The notes: generated by a model not told the origin, from the sequence alone. A stretch of 64,000 nt of DNA from Clostridiales bacterium (GCA_012839345.1 DUNN01000011.1:41906-105905), one strand, 5' to 3'. Numbered from the stretch's first letter, positions 38,394 through 48,854 are shown. Numbers and translations: made by a program.

Positions 38394-39122
38394 ATGTCTG
38401 AAAATATGATTGAAATACAGAATGTATCCATGCGGTTTCGGTTTGCCAATGACAAGATTATGTCCCTAAAAGAGTTTGTGACTGCAAAACTACGCGGAAA
38501 GCTAGCTTACAAAGACTTTTGGGCACTGAAAAATGTTTCCTTTGATGTTAAAAAAGGAGAAGTAGTGGGAATAATTGGCCGAAATGGAGCAGGGAAAAGT
38601 ACATTGCTGAAAATCATTTCTAGCATTTTGAAGCCAACAGAGGGAACTGCGATTTGCCATGGGAATGTCGTCCCTATGTTGGAACTGGGCTCTGGATTTG
38701 ACGCCGATTTAACAGGTCGTGAAAATATTTTTTTAAATGGTGCCATTCTAGGATATACAAAGGAATTTTTGGAAAGCAAATATCAGGAAATTCTGGATTT
38801 TTCAGAATTAGGACAGTTTATTGATATGCCGATCCGCAATTATTCTTCTGGGATGATGATGCGTCTAGCATTTTCTATTGCCACGTTAGTTAATCCGGAA
38901 ATCTTAATTGTGGATGAAATTCTTTCTGTTGGAGACGAGGCATTTCAGAAAAAAAGTTATGCCCGTATGATGGAACTAATGAGTGGCGGCACAACAGTCC
39001 TTTTGGTATCTCATGATTTAGAGCAAATTCGCAACATGTGTAGTCGTGTTGTTTGGTTAGAACACGGTAGTGTACATATGTTTGGAAATGCGCAGGAGGT
39101 CTGTAATGCCTACTCGCTTTAA
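38394..39122 (+). CDS. wzt: Polysaccharide ABC ATPase Wzt (no C-terminal carbohydrate-binding domain)
   Basis: FWALKNVSF, GRNGAGKST, YSSGM, ILIVDEILSVGD. Confidence 0.92.
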   Translation: MSENMIEIQNVSMRFRFANDKIMSLKEFVTAKLRGKLAYKDFWALKNVSFDVKKGEVVGIIGRNGAGKSTLLKIISSILKPTEGTAICHGNVVPMLELGSGFDADLTGRENIFLNGAILGYTKEFLESKYQEILDFSELGQFIDMPIRNYSSGMMMRLAFSIATLVNPEILIVDEILSVGDEAFQKKSYARMMELMSGGTTVLLVSHDLEQIRNMCSRVVWLEHGSVHMFGNAQEVCNAYSL

Positions 39123-39945
39123 TGACTTTTCGGATGTCCGGCTGTATGTAATATATCATAAAAACATGATTATGCCGGAGATCCCTGCACTAACTTTTTT
39201 ACGTTCTGATTTACATGAGAAGGACAATATTGCAGACAAAAAAGATTACTGTGAACTGCGAGCTCAATATTATGTCTGGAAAAATCAAAAATCCGACTAT
39301 GCCGGATTTTTTCATTATCGCAGGTATCTGGAATTCACAGAGGAAAAACTTGTTCATTTGCCGGCCGGGAAAAGGCCTGTTCCTTATAGAATTCAGCGCT
39401 TTCCTCAGAGAAATCAGTATAAAGAGAGGGTGTTTGGATCCATTATACCTAAATTTGATGTGATTGCGCCGGTATGGGAATATACAGGAATATCTGTATG
39501 GGAACGCTATGCGACTGCTTCCGGACAACGAGGAAATGACCTGAAGCTAGTATATGATATTATCCGTGAAAAATATCCAGCTTATTTATCTGCCGCAAAT
39601 GAATATCTGGATGGAAAAGGCGAATATTACGGTAATATTTTTATTATGAAATGGCAATGTTTTGATGATTACTGCCGGTGGCTTTTTGGCATTTTAGAAG
39701 AATTTGATAAAAAAGTGCAGAACCCCTTGCCCAGAACAGATGGATATTTGGGGGAGAGGCTTTTTGGAATCTATTTCACCTGGCTGTACCATCAGCCTGG
39801 AATGCGGTGTGCTGAACTGCCGAGGATTCATTTTTATGAATATGATGATAGAAATCATGCGTTTTTGTGTGCGAAATTTGTCAATTTTTTTCTCCCGCCT
39901 GGCAGTAAAAGGCGTGCAACGCTACGGCGTTTTGCTGTAAATTAA
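39106..39945 (+). CDS. DUF4422 (GT111-like) putative galactofuranosyltransferase
   Basis: DNIA, YCEL, GFFHYRRYL, R..GYLGER. Confidence 0.8.
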   Translation: MPTRFNDFSDVRLYVIYHKNMIMPEIPALTFLRSDLHEKDNIADKKDYCELRAQYYVWKNQKSDYAGFFHYRRYLEFTEEKLVHLPAGKRPVPYRIQRFPQRNQYKERVFGSIIPKFDVIAPVWEYTGISVWERYATASGQRGNDLKLVYDIIREKYPAYLSAANEYLDGKGEYYGNIFIMKWQCFDDYCRWLFGILEEFDKKVQNPLPRTDGYLGERLFGIYFTWLYHQPGMRCAELPRIHFYEYDDRNHAFLCAKFVNFFLPPGSKRRATLRRFAVN

Positions 39946-39965
39946 AATGATTTTGGAGGATTAAC

Positions 39966-41909
39966 ATGAGCGATATTAAAATTTTCGTATCACACCGGAT
40001 TGATCAGGATAGTGTTACGATTGACAATCCGCTTTACGTGAATGTACGCTGTGGCGCAGTTTATGATAAACGTTCTCCTGAAGAAATCGGCGGCATGCTA
40101 GGGGATGATACCGGGGATAATATTTCGGGAAAAAGATATTCCTTCTGCGAATTAACGGTTCAGTATTGGGCTTGGAAAAATGTTGAGGCTGATTATTATG
40201 GATTGTGCCATTATAGGAGATATTTAAGCTTTTCTGATATAAGATTCGAGAAAACAAATGTATATAAACATGTCGTTGAGAATATTATCGATGAAAATTT
40301 CATTAAAAAATTTCGATTGACAGAAGATAACATGCGTCAGAAGATAGAACAGTATGATGCAATTTCTTTAATTCCTATGCGTCTGGATAAGATTAAAAAT
40401 GAACCTAAACGTACAGTGCTTGAATCATTGAAAGAAAACAATACGGTATTCCCTTTTGAAGTTGTAGAGAGATTTATTAAAATTGCCAAATTGAAATATC
40501 CATTTCTTAAAGAAGATATAGATGCTTATTTTAATGGGTATACTTGGAGAGGATTTAATTGCTATATTATGAAAAAAGATATTTTCTTCGAGTATAATGA
40601 AATGCTTTTTGATATACTTTTTGCTTTGGAAAAAGAAATTGATTCTACATATTATAGTCAAGAACAGTTACGTGTGCTAGGATATATGGGAGAGGCCTTT
40701 TGGGGAATATACTTTCATTACTTGGAGCGTCAGAAAATTTTTCGTTTAAAAGAAATGCAGCTTGTTTTAATTCAGAATCCACAACGCCATGAGGAGTTAG
40801 AACCTGCTTTTTCTGATATCAATATTCCAGTTGTTATGGCTTCCAGTAATGAATATGTACCTTTTCTTGCTGTATTATTAACATCAATTAGGCAAAATTC
40901 ATCTCCACAGTACAATTATGATATTATAATTATAAGTAGTCATATTAGAAAGCACAATCAAAAATTAATTAGACAAATATTTGAGGACAACGAAAATTTT
41001 TCAGTTCGCTTTGTCGACGCAGATAGATATTTAAGTGGACGTACATTTCATACGAGTATGCATGTCACAGCGATGACATATTTAAGACTTGCTATGTTGG
41101 ATTTGCTGAAGAAATATGATAAAGCAATATATTTGGACTGTGACATGGTTGTGAATGTAGATATTGCAAAATTGTATTATACGGATATTGAAAACTATAT
41201 GATAGCAGCTGCCCGGGATTCCGTAATGGCAGGTTGGTGCAACGCAAAAAATAATTTACAAGGGGAATACAATAAGAAAGTAATTGGATTAAAGCGCGAT
41301 TTTGAATACTTCAATGCTGGTGTAATTTTATTAAATTTAAAGGAATTCAGAAAAAAATTTACGACAGAAGAACTGATGAATATTGCTACTTCACGCAAAT
41401 GGAAGTGGTTTGATCAAGATGTACTTAATAAAGTATGTGAAGGCCATGTAAAATTTCTTGATAATAGATGGAATGTAATGAGTCATTTGCACGACTTTGA
41501 TTATCAGCTTGCTGAATTTTTTGCACCAATGTCAATTTATCAAGATTATTTAGATGCATTGGAAGACCCTTGGATTATTCATTATGCAGGACGTTGTATT
41601 CCTTGTTTTGTACCACCAGTTGACCTTGCAGAATATTTCTGGAAATATGCAAGGATGACTCCATACTATGAATTGATTCTTTCAGCTATGTGCAATAATC
41701 AGTTTGGCGCGTTAGTCGATCACCGAACAGGTGCTCGCAAACTAGCCGACAAGCTTTTACCCAAAGGAAGTCGACGTAGGGAATTTGCAAAAAAGCTATT
41801 ACCAAAAGGTTCTCGCCGCTGGAACTTCTGTAAGCAAATCTATTTTATCATTCGTCCAAAGTACAGACCGAAAAAGCAGGAGGATGACGAATTGGAAGAC
41901 ATCGCGTAA
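39966..41909 (+). CDS. DUF4422 + GT8 bifunctional glycosyltransferase (WbbM-like architecture)
   Basis: DDTGDNIS, FCELT, GLCHYRRY; then TYLRL, YLDCD, YFNAGV, DQDVLN, IIHYAG. Confidence 0.88.
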   Translation: MSDIKIFVSHRIDQDSVTIDNPLYVNVRCGAVYDKRSPEEIGGMLGDDTGDNISGKRYSFCELTVQYWAWKNVEADYYGLCHYRRYLSFSDIRFEKTNVYKHVVENIIDENFIKKFRLTEDNMRQKIEQYDAISLIPMRLDKIKNEPKRTVLESLKENNTVFPFEVVERFIKIAKLKYPFLKEDIDAYFNGYTWRGFNCYIMKKDIFFEYNEMLFDILFALEKEIDSTYYSQEQLRVLGYMGEAFWGIYFHYLERQKIFRLKEMQLVLIQNPQRHEELEPAFSDINIPVVMASSNEYVPFLAVLLTSIRQNSSPQYNYDIIIISSHIRKHNQKLIRQIFEDNENFSVRFVDADRYLSGRTFHTSMHVTAMTYLRLAMLDLLKKYDKAIYLDCDMVVNVDIAKLYYTDIENYMIAAARDSVMAGWCNAKNNLQGEYNKKVIGLKRDFEYFNAGVILLNLKEFRKKFTTEELMNIATSRKWKWFDQDVLNKVCEGHVKFLDNRWNVMSHLHDFDYQLAEFFAPMSIYQDYLDALEDPWIIHYAGRCIPCFVPPVDLAEYFWKYARMTPYYELILSAMCNNQFGALVDHRTGARKLADKLLPKGSRRREFAKKLLPKGSRRWNFCKQIYFIIRPKYRPKKQEDDELEDIA

Positions 41910-41926
41910 AGATGGTGCTCTGAAAG

Positions 41927-42895
41927 ATGATTAACATTCGAATTTTTGTATCGCGCCGATTGGATATCGACAGTTTGAATATTTCTAATCCTTTGTACAT
42001 TCCAGTGCATTGCGGAGCTTTTCGTCAATCAATTACTTCCCCTTATCTCGGGGATAATACCGGCGACAATATTTCTGAAAAGCAGCCATATTATTCTGAA
42101 CTGACCGTGCAGTATTGGGCATGGAAAAATCAACAGGCAGATTATTACGGCTTGTGCCATTACCGCCGGTATTTATCTTTTTCGGACAGACGATACCGTA
42201 CAAATGAGCAAAACATGGTTGTAGAGCCTATATTATCACCGGGAGCAATTCGGCGGCACAAATTGATGGATAGTAGTAAAATGCAAAGCGTTATTAGTAA
42301 ATATGATGCTATCGTATCAGAAAGCGCTGATGTTACGAAGATTCCCATTCCAAGTGGTGGATTTCCAAAAACAGTCCGGGAACTTTGGGAAGGACATAAC
42401 GGAGTCTTTATTTACAAAAAGGATTTAAATGTTCTTTTGCAGGTTATACACGATTTACATCCGGAATATATGGATTCTGCGTTGAAATATCTGTCTGGTT
42501 CGGCGCATAGAGGTTATAATTGCTATATTCTACGGCGCGATTTGTTTTTTACAATGTGCCAGTTCCAATTTGATGTTTTAGATGAATTAGAGCGCCGTAT
42601 AGATATAAGTACATATCAGGGAAATCTGAAACGGGTTTTCGGATATATGGGCGAGATCATGTATGGTATTTATATTTATGATTTGCAGCAGAAGGGTATT
42701 TATAAAGTGCAGGAACTTCAGTTGGTTTATTTTGAGGAAACACGACAGCTAAAGAATTTTATGCATAGGGTTTGGTTGATCGCATTAGCTTACCTAACAT
42801 TTGCATTAAGACACAGTTCCGAAATTATTTTACCCAAGGGTTCAGTAAGACGAGAGAAGGTAAAGAAATTTATAAAGCGTTTACGCGGTATTTAA
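41927..42895 (+). CDS. DUF4422 (GT111-like) putative galactofuranosyltransferase
   Basis: DNTGDNIS, YSELT, GLCHYRRY, R..GYMGE. Confidence 0.82.
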   Translation: MINIRIFVSRRLDIDSLNISNPLYIPVHCGAFRQSITSPYLGDNTGDNISEKQPYYSELTVQYWAWKNQQADYYGLCHYRRYLSFSDRRYRTNEQNMVVEPILSPGAIRRHKLMDSSKMQSVISKYDAIVSESADVTKIPIPSGGFPKTVRELWEGHNGVFIYKKDLNVLLQVIHDLHPEYMDSALKYLSGSAHRGYNCYILRRDLFFTMCQFQFDVLDELERRIDISTYQGNLKRVFGYMGEIMYGIYIYDLQQKGIYKVQELQLVYFEETRQLKNFMHRVWLIALAYLTFALRHSSEIILPKGSVRREKVKKFIKRLRGI

Positions 42896-42916
42896 AATGA
42901 AAGTGAGTGGATTTTG

Positions 42917-43690
42917 ATGAAGGCAGTCATTCTAGCAGGCGGATTTGGTACGCGTATCAGTGAGGAAAGTCATTTAAAACCAAAGCCGATGATTGAAGTT
43001 GGCGATCAGCCGATTCTCTGGCATATAATGAAATATTATTCCTATTACGGAGTAAACGAGTTTATTATTTGCGCGGGCTATAAGCAGCATGTGATCAAGG
43101 AATACTTTGCAAATTATTATCTTCACCGGTCTGATATTACTTTTGACTTTACGAATCATAACCATATTACCGTACATAACAATGTTGCTGAGCCATGGAA
43201 AGTAACCGTTGTAGATACCGGCTTAAACACGATGACTGGCGGACGAATCAAACGTATTAAAAATTATATCGATGACGAGCCATTTATGATGACTTACGGA
43301 GATGGCGTTTGTGACGTGGATTTGGACAAGTTATTGGCTTTTCATAAGAAGCATGGAAAGTTGGCAACGATGACAGCGATTCAGCCTGGTGGGCGTTTCG
43401 GGACGCTGGAAATAAAGGATGATTTTACTATTTCAAGGTTTGCGGAAAAACGGAAAGAAGACGGTGGCTGGATTAACGGTGGATTTATGGTACTTGAGCC
43501 AAAGGTAATCGATTATATTGAAGATGACAGTACTACCTTCGAGAGAGAGCCACTCGAAAAACTTTCAGAAGAGGGACAATTGGTTGCTTATCAACATGAC
43601 GGATTCTGGCAATGCATGGATACTCTTCGTGACAAAGAAAAATTAGAGTCTTTATGGATGTCTGGAAAAGCGCCCTGGATGAAGTGGTAA
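42917..43690 (+). CDS. rfbF: Glucose-1-phosphate cytidylyltransferase
   Basis: LAGGFGTRISEE...PKPM, TMTGGR, TYGDG, GFWQCMDTLRDK. Confidence 0.93.
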   Translation: MKAVILAGGFGTRISEESHLKPKPMIEVGDQPILWHIMKYYSYYGVNEFIICAGYKQHVIKEYFANYYLHRSDITFDFTNHNHITVHNNVAEPWKVTVVDTGLNTMTGGRIKRIKNYIDDEPFMMTYGDGVCDVDLDKLLAFHKKHGKLATMTAIQPGGRFGTLEIKDDFTISRFAEKRKEDGGWINGGFMVLEPKVIDYIEDDSTTFEREPLEKLSEEGQLVAYQHDGFWQCMDTLRDKEKLESLWMSGKAPWMKW

Positions 43691-43700
43691 GGAGAATACA

Positions 43701-44759
43701 ATGACAAATTTAGAATTTTTTCGTGGAAAAAGAGTGTTTGTAACCGGCCATACTGGCTTTAAAGGGTCTTGGCTTTGTCGTATTCTTTTAAATGCTGGCG
43801 CTGAGGTTACTGGATACTCTTTACCTGCACCTACTGAGCCAAACTTGTTTTCTATGGCGGATTTAGAAAACAATATGAATTCTATCATTGGAGACATTCG
43901 TGATGAAGCAAGTTTAAAGAAATCCTTTGACATGGCGCAACCGGAAATTGTTTTACATCTGGCTGCACAACCTATTGTTCGAGAAAGCTATCAATCACCT
44001 GCCTATACATACGAAACAAATGTGATGGGTACGGTTAATATTCTGGAATGTATCCGGCAAAACACCTGTGTGAAAAGTTTTTTAAATGTAACCACAGATA
44101 AAGTATATCAAAACAATGAATGGCATTGGGGATATCGTGAAAATGAGCCTTTGGACGGATATGATCCGTATTCCAATTCAAAAAGTTGCTCTGAACTGGT
44201 AACCCACAGCTATAAAAACAGTTTTTTTTCGGATGGTTCGGTAGCAATCAGTACCGCACGCGCAGGAAATGTTATTGGCGGCGGGGATTTTGCTAAGGAC
44301 CGTATTATTCCGGACTGTGTGCGCGCTGTGCAAAAAAAAGAAACGATTATCGTAAGAAATCCTCACTCTACCAGACCATATCAGCATGTACTTGAACCGT
44401 TGTTTGCGTATCTAATGATTGTGCAAAAGCAGTACCAAGATAGGAAATATGCAGATTGGTATAATGTTGGTCCCGATGAATGTGATTGTGTTACAACAGG
44501 AGAATTGGTTGATTTGTTCTGCAAAACATGGGGCGAAGGAGCATCATGGGAGGATCGATGGACAGGTGGCCCACACGAAGCAAATTTTTTAAAACTGGAT
44601 TGTTCTAAGATTAAAGCAACTTTTGACTGGAAGCCTACTTGGCATATCACGGATGCTATTGAGAATACCTGTAATTGGACAAAAGTATGGCTTTCTGGGC
44701 AGGATATTCCATCTGAAATGGATCGGCAAATTAAAGAATATAGGGAGAAAATGCAATGA
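43701..44759 (+). CDS. rfbG: CDP-glucose 4,6-dehydratase
   Basis: TGHTGFKGSW, HLAAQP, TTDKVY, YSNSK, GNVIGGGD, RPYQHVLEPL. Confidence 0.93.
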   Translation: MTNLEFFRGKRVFVTGHTGFKGSWLCRILLNAGAEVTGYSLPAPTEPNLFSMADLENNMNSIIGDIRDEASLKKSFDMAQPEIVLHLAAQPIVRESYQSPAYTYETNVMGTVNILECIRQNTCVKSFLNVTTDKVYQNNEWHWGYRENEPLDGYDPYSNSKSCSELVTHSYKNSFFSDGSVAISTARAGNVIGGGDFAKDRIIPDCVRAVQKKETIIVRNPHSTRPYQHVLEPLFAYLMIVQKQYQDRKYADWYNVGPDECDCVTTGELVDLFCKTWGEGASWEDRWTGGPHEANFLKLDCSKIKATFDWKPTWHITDAIENTCNWTKVWLSGQDIPSEMDRQIKEYREKMQ

Positions 44760-45673
44760 AAAAAGTTGTTATATCTGGGGCAAATGGTTTTGTCGGTGGA
44801 GCCGTAACCCGCGAATTAATTTCGCACAACATAGAAGTCATAGCATTGGATATGGAGGGTTGCAGCGGAAATCTGCCCAAGTCTCCTTTAGTTACTTTTA
44901 TCCCGATGTCTCTGGATAATCTAACTTTGCTAAAGGATAAAATACAGGTCGGTTGTTGTGATACATTTTTTCACTTTGCTTGGGCCGGTTCCGCTGGCTC
45001 CGCCCGTGCGGATACAGCTCTTCAATTAAAAAATGCTCAATGGACAATAGACTGCTTGCGTTTCGCTAAGGAACTTGGATGCAGAAGGTTTATATGTGCA
45101 GGCAGCATAATGGAACATGAGACCATTGCTGCTGCGTTTTCAGCAGGCAATAAACCTGGTCTGGGATATATTTATGGAAGTGGTAAATTGGTAGCACATA
45201 CCATGTGCAAATCGGTAGCTGCCGACATTGGTATGGATTTAGTATGGGCACAGATTACAAATGCCTACGGCGCTGGGGAACGTTCTCCTCGCTTCGTGAA
45301 TACTACTTTGCGCAAAATCATTCATGGGGAACCGTTGCAATTTACTGCCGGTACACAGAACTATGACTTTGTTTATATCGATGATGTGGCACGTGCATTT
45401 CGTTTAATTGGAGAAAATGGGAAACCGTTTTGTGAATACATTATAGGTAGTTCGAATGCTAAACCTCTTAGAGAATTTGTATTGGAAATGAAATCAGCGG
45501 TAGCACCGGAAAAAGAGTTTATTTTCGGAGATATACCATTTACCGGAATTAACTTACCGCTTTCTGCTTTTGATTGTTCCAAAACAGAAGAAGATACTGG
45601 ATTTAAATCTCAAATAAGCTTTGCAGAAGGCTGTAAGCGTACTTTGGACTGGTTGAAAGAGGTGGAAAAATGA
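44756..45673 (+). CDS. NAD-dependent epimerase/4-reductase (extended SDR)
   Basis: GANGFVG, HFAW, YGSGK, YDFVYIDD. Confidence 0.8.
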   Translation: MKKVVISGANGFVGGAVTRELISHNIEVIALDMEGCSGNLPKSPLVTFIPMSLDNLTLLKDKIQVGCCDTFFHFAWAGSAGSARADTALQLKNAQWTIDCLRFAKELGCRRFICAGSIMEHETIAAAFSAGNKPGLGYIYGSGKLVAHTMCKSVAADIGMDLVWAQITNAYGAGERSPRFVNTTLRKIIHGEPLQFTAGTQNYDFVYIDDVARAFRLIGENGKPFCEYIIGSSNAKPLREFVLEMKSAVAPEKEFIFGDIPFTGINLPLSAFDCSKTEEDTGFKSQISFAEGCKRTLDWLKEVEK

Positions 45674-46239
45674 TGCAAAAATTTTCTTTTCAACAAACTG
45701 ATATTAACGGCTTGATTTTAGTTAAGCCTTTTGTGGCAGAAGACGTTCGCGGTTATTTCATCAAAGACTACTCTCAGGAAGTGTTTGAGCAAAATGGAGT
45801 AACACATGACTTAAAAGAAGTATTTTATACGAATTCACATAGAGGAGTGATTCGTGCATTGCATTTTCAGCGCGAAAAGCAACAGCCTAAATTGGTTCGT
45901 TGCGTATGGGGACACGTCTATGATGTAGTAGTCGATTTGCGCAAAAATTCGCCTACCTTTAAAAAATGGCTTGGTTTTGAACTTTCAGAAGAAAACAAAG
46001 ATGAGTTGTTGGTTCCTGCTGGCTGTGCTCATGGATATTTAGTATTGGAGCATTCTGTGGTTTCATATAAATGCGCGGAAAAGTTTTATGGAGAGTACGA
46101 TGATGGTATCAAGTGGAACGACCCGGAAATCGGTGTGAAATGGCCGCTCGAACGTGTAGATAATCAGATTATTTTAGCAGATAAAGATAAGAATCTTCAA
46201 ACATTTTCAGAGTTTATGGAAAAGTACGGTGGCTTTTAA
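45670..46239 (+). CDS. NDP-4-keto-6-deoxyglucose 3(,5)-epimerase, RmlC/RfbC family
   Basis: DVRGYF, RALHFQ, KLVRC, DVVVDLR..SPTF, GCAHGY, WNDP. Confidence 0.88.
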   Translation: MMQKFSFQQTDINGLILVKPFVAEDVRGYFIKDYSQEVFEQNGVTHDLKEVFYTNSHRGVIRALHFQREKQQPKLVRCVWGHVYDVVVDLRKNSPTFKKWLGFELSEENKDELLVPAGCAHGYLVLEHSVVSYKCAEKFYGEYDDGIKWNDPEIGVKWPLERVDNQIILADKDKNLQTFSEFMEKYGGF

Positions 46240-47373
46240 ATGGATTATTTAGTAGTAGGCTGTGGTCTATCTGGTTGCGTGGTAGCGCGGAATCTAGCCG
46301 AACGGGGTCATAAAGTTACCATATGGGAACGAAGGGATCATGTTGCGGGGAATATGTATGATTATGTGGATTCATATGGTATTTTAGTACACAAATATGG
46401 TCCACATACCTTTCACACCAAGAAAAAAGATTTGTACGATTATATGTGTCGCTTTGCTAGCTGGGAAGATTATAAACTTACCTGCATGGCTGAAATCGAT
46501 GGTATCGTAACGCCGACTCCGTTCAATTTTCAAACGATTGATGATTTTTATGACCCTGAGCAAGCAATGACACTGAAAGCGCATATCAAAGCAGCTTTCG
46601 GGGATAGGCAGACAGCGACTGTGGTGGAAGTGATACAGCATGAAGACCCATTAATTCGAGCATATGGCCAGTTCTTGTTTAACAAGGATTACAGCCTGTA
46701 TACCGCAAAACAGTGGGGTGTATCGCCTGACAAAATTGATGTCAGCATTTTGCAGCGTGTTCCGTTACGTTTTTCTTATGATGTAGGCTATTTTGATGAT
46801 GAGTATCAGGTTATGCCTCGGTCAAGTTATACGGATTTTTTCAAGAGCCTGATAGACCATCCTAATATTACAGTCGAATTCAATATTGATGCGGCTACGC
46901 GCCTTTCAATCAAAGATTCTCAACTGTTTCTTGATGATCAGGCCTGTCCATGTCCGGTTGTTTATACGGGAGCTCTTGATGAACTATTTGACTGTGTAGT
47001 AGGACCACTGCCCTACCGTTCTTTACACTTTGAATGGATGCACGAGGACATTGAAAGTAAGCAGAAAGCACCTGTGGTTGCTTATCCGCAGGCGGAAGGA
47101 TATACCCGCATTACTGAATATAAAAAATTGCCAGTACAAAAGGTAAGAGGTACTACTTATGCGGTAGAGTATCCCCTACCTTATCATAGTGGCAGTCAAT
47201 CAGAACCGTACTATCCAGTTTTAACTGAAGAAAGCAAACGGCAGTATGCCAGCTACAAGAAATTAGCCAATAAGGTTGATAACCTTTATTATTGCGGACG
47301 TTTGGCAGACTTCAAATACTATAATATGGATCAGGCGCTAGAACGGGCTTTGGAATTATGTAATATATTATAA
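46240..47373 (+). CDS. glf: UDP-galactopyranose mutase
   Basis: VGCGLSG, AGNMYD, HKYGPHTFHT, YTAKQWG, LPYRSL, TRITEYK, GRLADFKYYNMDQ. Confidence 0.93.
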   Translation: MDYLVVGCGLSGCVVARNLAERGHKVTIWERRDHVAGNMYDYVDSYGILVHKYGPHTFHTKKKDLYDYMCRFASWEDYKLTCMAEIDGIVTPTPFNFQTIDDFYDPEQAMTLKAHIKAAFGDRQTATVVEVIQHEDPLIRAYGQFLFNKDYSLYTAKQWGVSPDKIDVSILQRVPLRFSYDVGYFDDEYQVMPRSSYTDFFKSLIDHPNITVEFNIDAATRLSIKDSQLFLDDQACPCPVVYTGALDELFDCVVGPLPYRSLHFEWMHEDIESKQKAPVVAYPQAEGYTRITEYKKLPVQKVRGTTYAVEYPLPYHSGSQSEPYYPVLTEESKRQYASYKKLANKVDNLYYCGRLADFKYYNMDQALERALELCNIL

Positions 47374-47694
47374 GATTGTAAGTATGATAAGAATGAAGAA
47401 AAATGTAGCCAGGTTCTGTCACCTCCATGGCTTTCTCTTTCTTCCGCCGCAATATAAACCGTTAATTTATGAGTCATGCTCACTTATGCCAAACTTTCTC
47501 CACACCTTTATATAACTTAGCCGGGCGCCACGGCACGCTTTTCTAGAAATCCGATTGTTAAAAAAGTATGCTTGGGGAAAATTGTGTAACAGAGACTGCA
47601 CCGAAAGAAATGCTTTGAAAATTTGATAAAGCATAACCCGATCCAAATTTCCTTCTTGGTTCCTTTAAATCCAGAGGAAGAAATAGAAAGAGGC

Positions 47695-47723
47695 TTGACG
47701 GCAATCCAGCAGCCTGATATTAT
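47695..47723 (+). promoter_or_regulatory. SigA promoter of LacI-family regulator
   Basis: TTGACG-17-TATTAT with extended TG. Confidence 0.65.
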
Positions 47724-47792
47724 AAAATTAAGTTGCGCGGCTGTTGCGCAAATAGTTGTAGATTTTATTTGGAATATGAGGCGTCAAGCAGT

Positions 47793-48800
47793 ATGAGCCA
47801 AAATGGACAGCGGTCATACACGATCGGTGATATCGCAAAAGAGTTGGGGGTTAGTAAAACCACCATATCCCGTGCCATTTCCGGAAAAGGTAGAATCAGC
47901 AAGGAAACTCAGGAACGCGTTCGACAATTTATTATCGAACACAATTATCAGCCGAATATCATGGCCAAAGGACTTGCACAGAATAAAACCTTTAACATTG
48001 GACTTGCTATGCCGGAGGAGTTCGGAATTGGGGACCTTCCTTTTTTTCAGCATAGCGTAAATGGAATCTGCCAGACAGCAGCGCAAAACGACTATGATGT
48101 CATCTTGTTTCGCATTACCAGCGACAATCTGTCGCAGATGAAGCGAATTATTAAAAATCATAAAGTCGATGGAATCATTCTCACCAGAACACAATGTGAC
48201 GATTATCCGGTACGGTTGCTCAAGGAAAATGGGATTCCTTTTGTGGTTATCGGTTCTTCCTTGGATACCGAAGTGACGCATGCGGACAATGACCATATCA
48301 GCGCGTGCAAAATGCTCACCGAATTGCTGCTGAACCGTGGATTGAAGCATTTTGCGTTGATTGGCGGCAACATGGAGTACTTTGTCAATAAAAGTCGGCT
48401 CCGTGGCTACCAGATGGCCTTCGAAGAGCATCCTGGAGAAGAAGTTACCAGTGTCACCTATTTGAACGTAATCAAGGAGTTTCAAATTGTGAAAGCAGTC
48501 GATGACGCGTTATCGGTCGGTACAGACTGCATTGTCTGTATGGATGATTTTATCTGTTCCCGTGTTGTTGCGCAGTTAAGCGAGCGATCTGTCCGAATTC
48601 CGGACGATGTATCGGTTGCTACGTTCTACAGCAGCATGCTGTTGGAACATAATAATCCGCTGATTACCGGCTTGGAATTTGACGCGGCAAAAATCGGCGG
48701 AATTGCGTGTCAAATGTTGATCGATATATTGGATGGAAAGCATGTGAGCGACTATGTAAGCCCCGATTACCGTCTTTTTATGGGCAATTCCGTCAAATAG
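47793..48800 (+). CDS. LacI family transcriptional regulator
   Basis: TIGDIAKELGVSKTTISRAISG HTH, YQPN, VDGII, IPDDVSV. Confidence 0.92.
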   Translation: MSQNGQRSYTIGDIAKELGVSKTTISRAISGKGRISKETQERVRQFIIEHNYQPNIMAKGLAQNKTFNIGLAMPEEFGIGDLPFFQHSVNGICQTAAQNDYDVILFRITSDNLSQMKRIIKNHKVDGIILTRTQCDDYPVRLLKENGIPFVVIGSSLDTEVTHADNDHISACKMLTELLLNRGLKHFALIGGNMEYFVNKSRLRGYQMAFEEHPGEEVTSVTYLNVIKEFQIVKAVDDALSVGTDCIVCMDDFICSRVVAQLSERSVRIPDDVSVATFYSSMLLEHNNPLITGLEFDAAKIGGIACQMLIDILDGKHVSDYVSPDYRLFMGNSVK

Positions 48801-48811
48801 AGAATAAAGAG

Positions 48812-48854
48812 GCAACAAAAAAGTGCTGCAGAAAATGCGGCACTTTTTTGTTGC
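48812..48854 (+). terminator. Terminator hairpin
   Basis: GCAACAAAAAAGTGCTGCA...TGCGGCACTTTTTTGTTGC. Confidence 0.75.
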
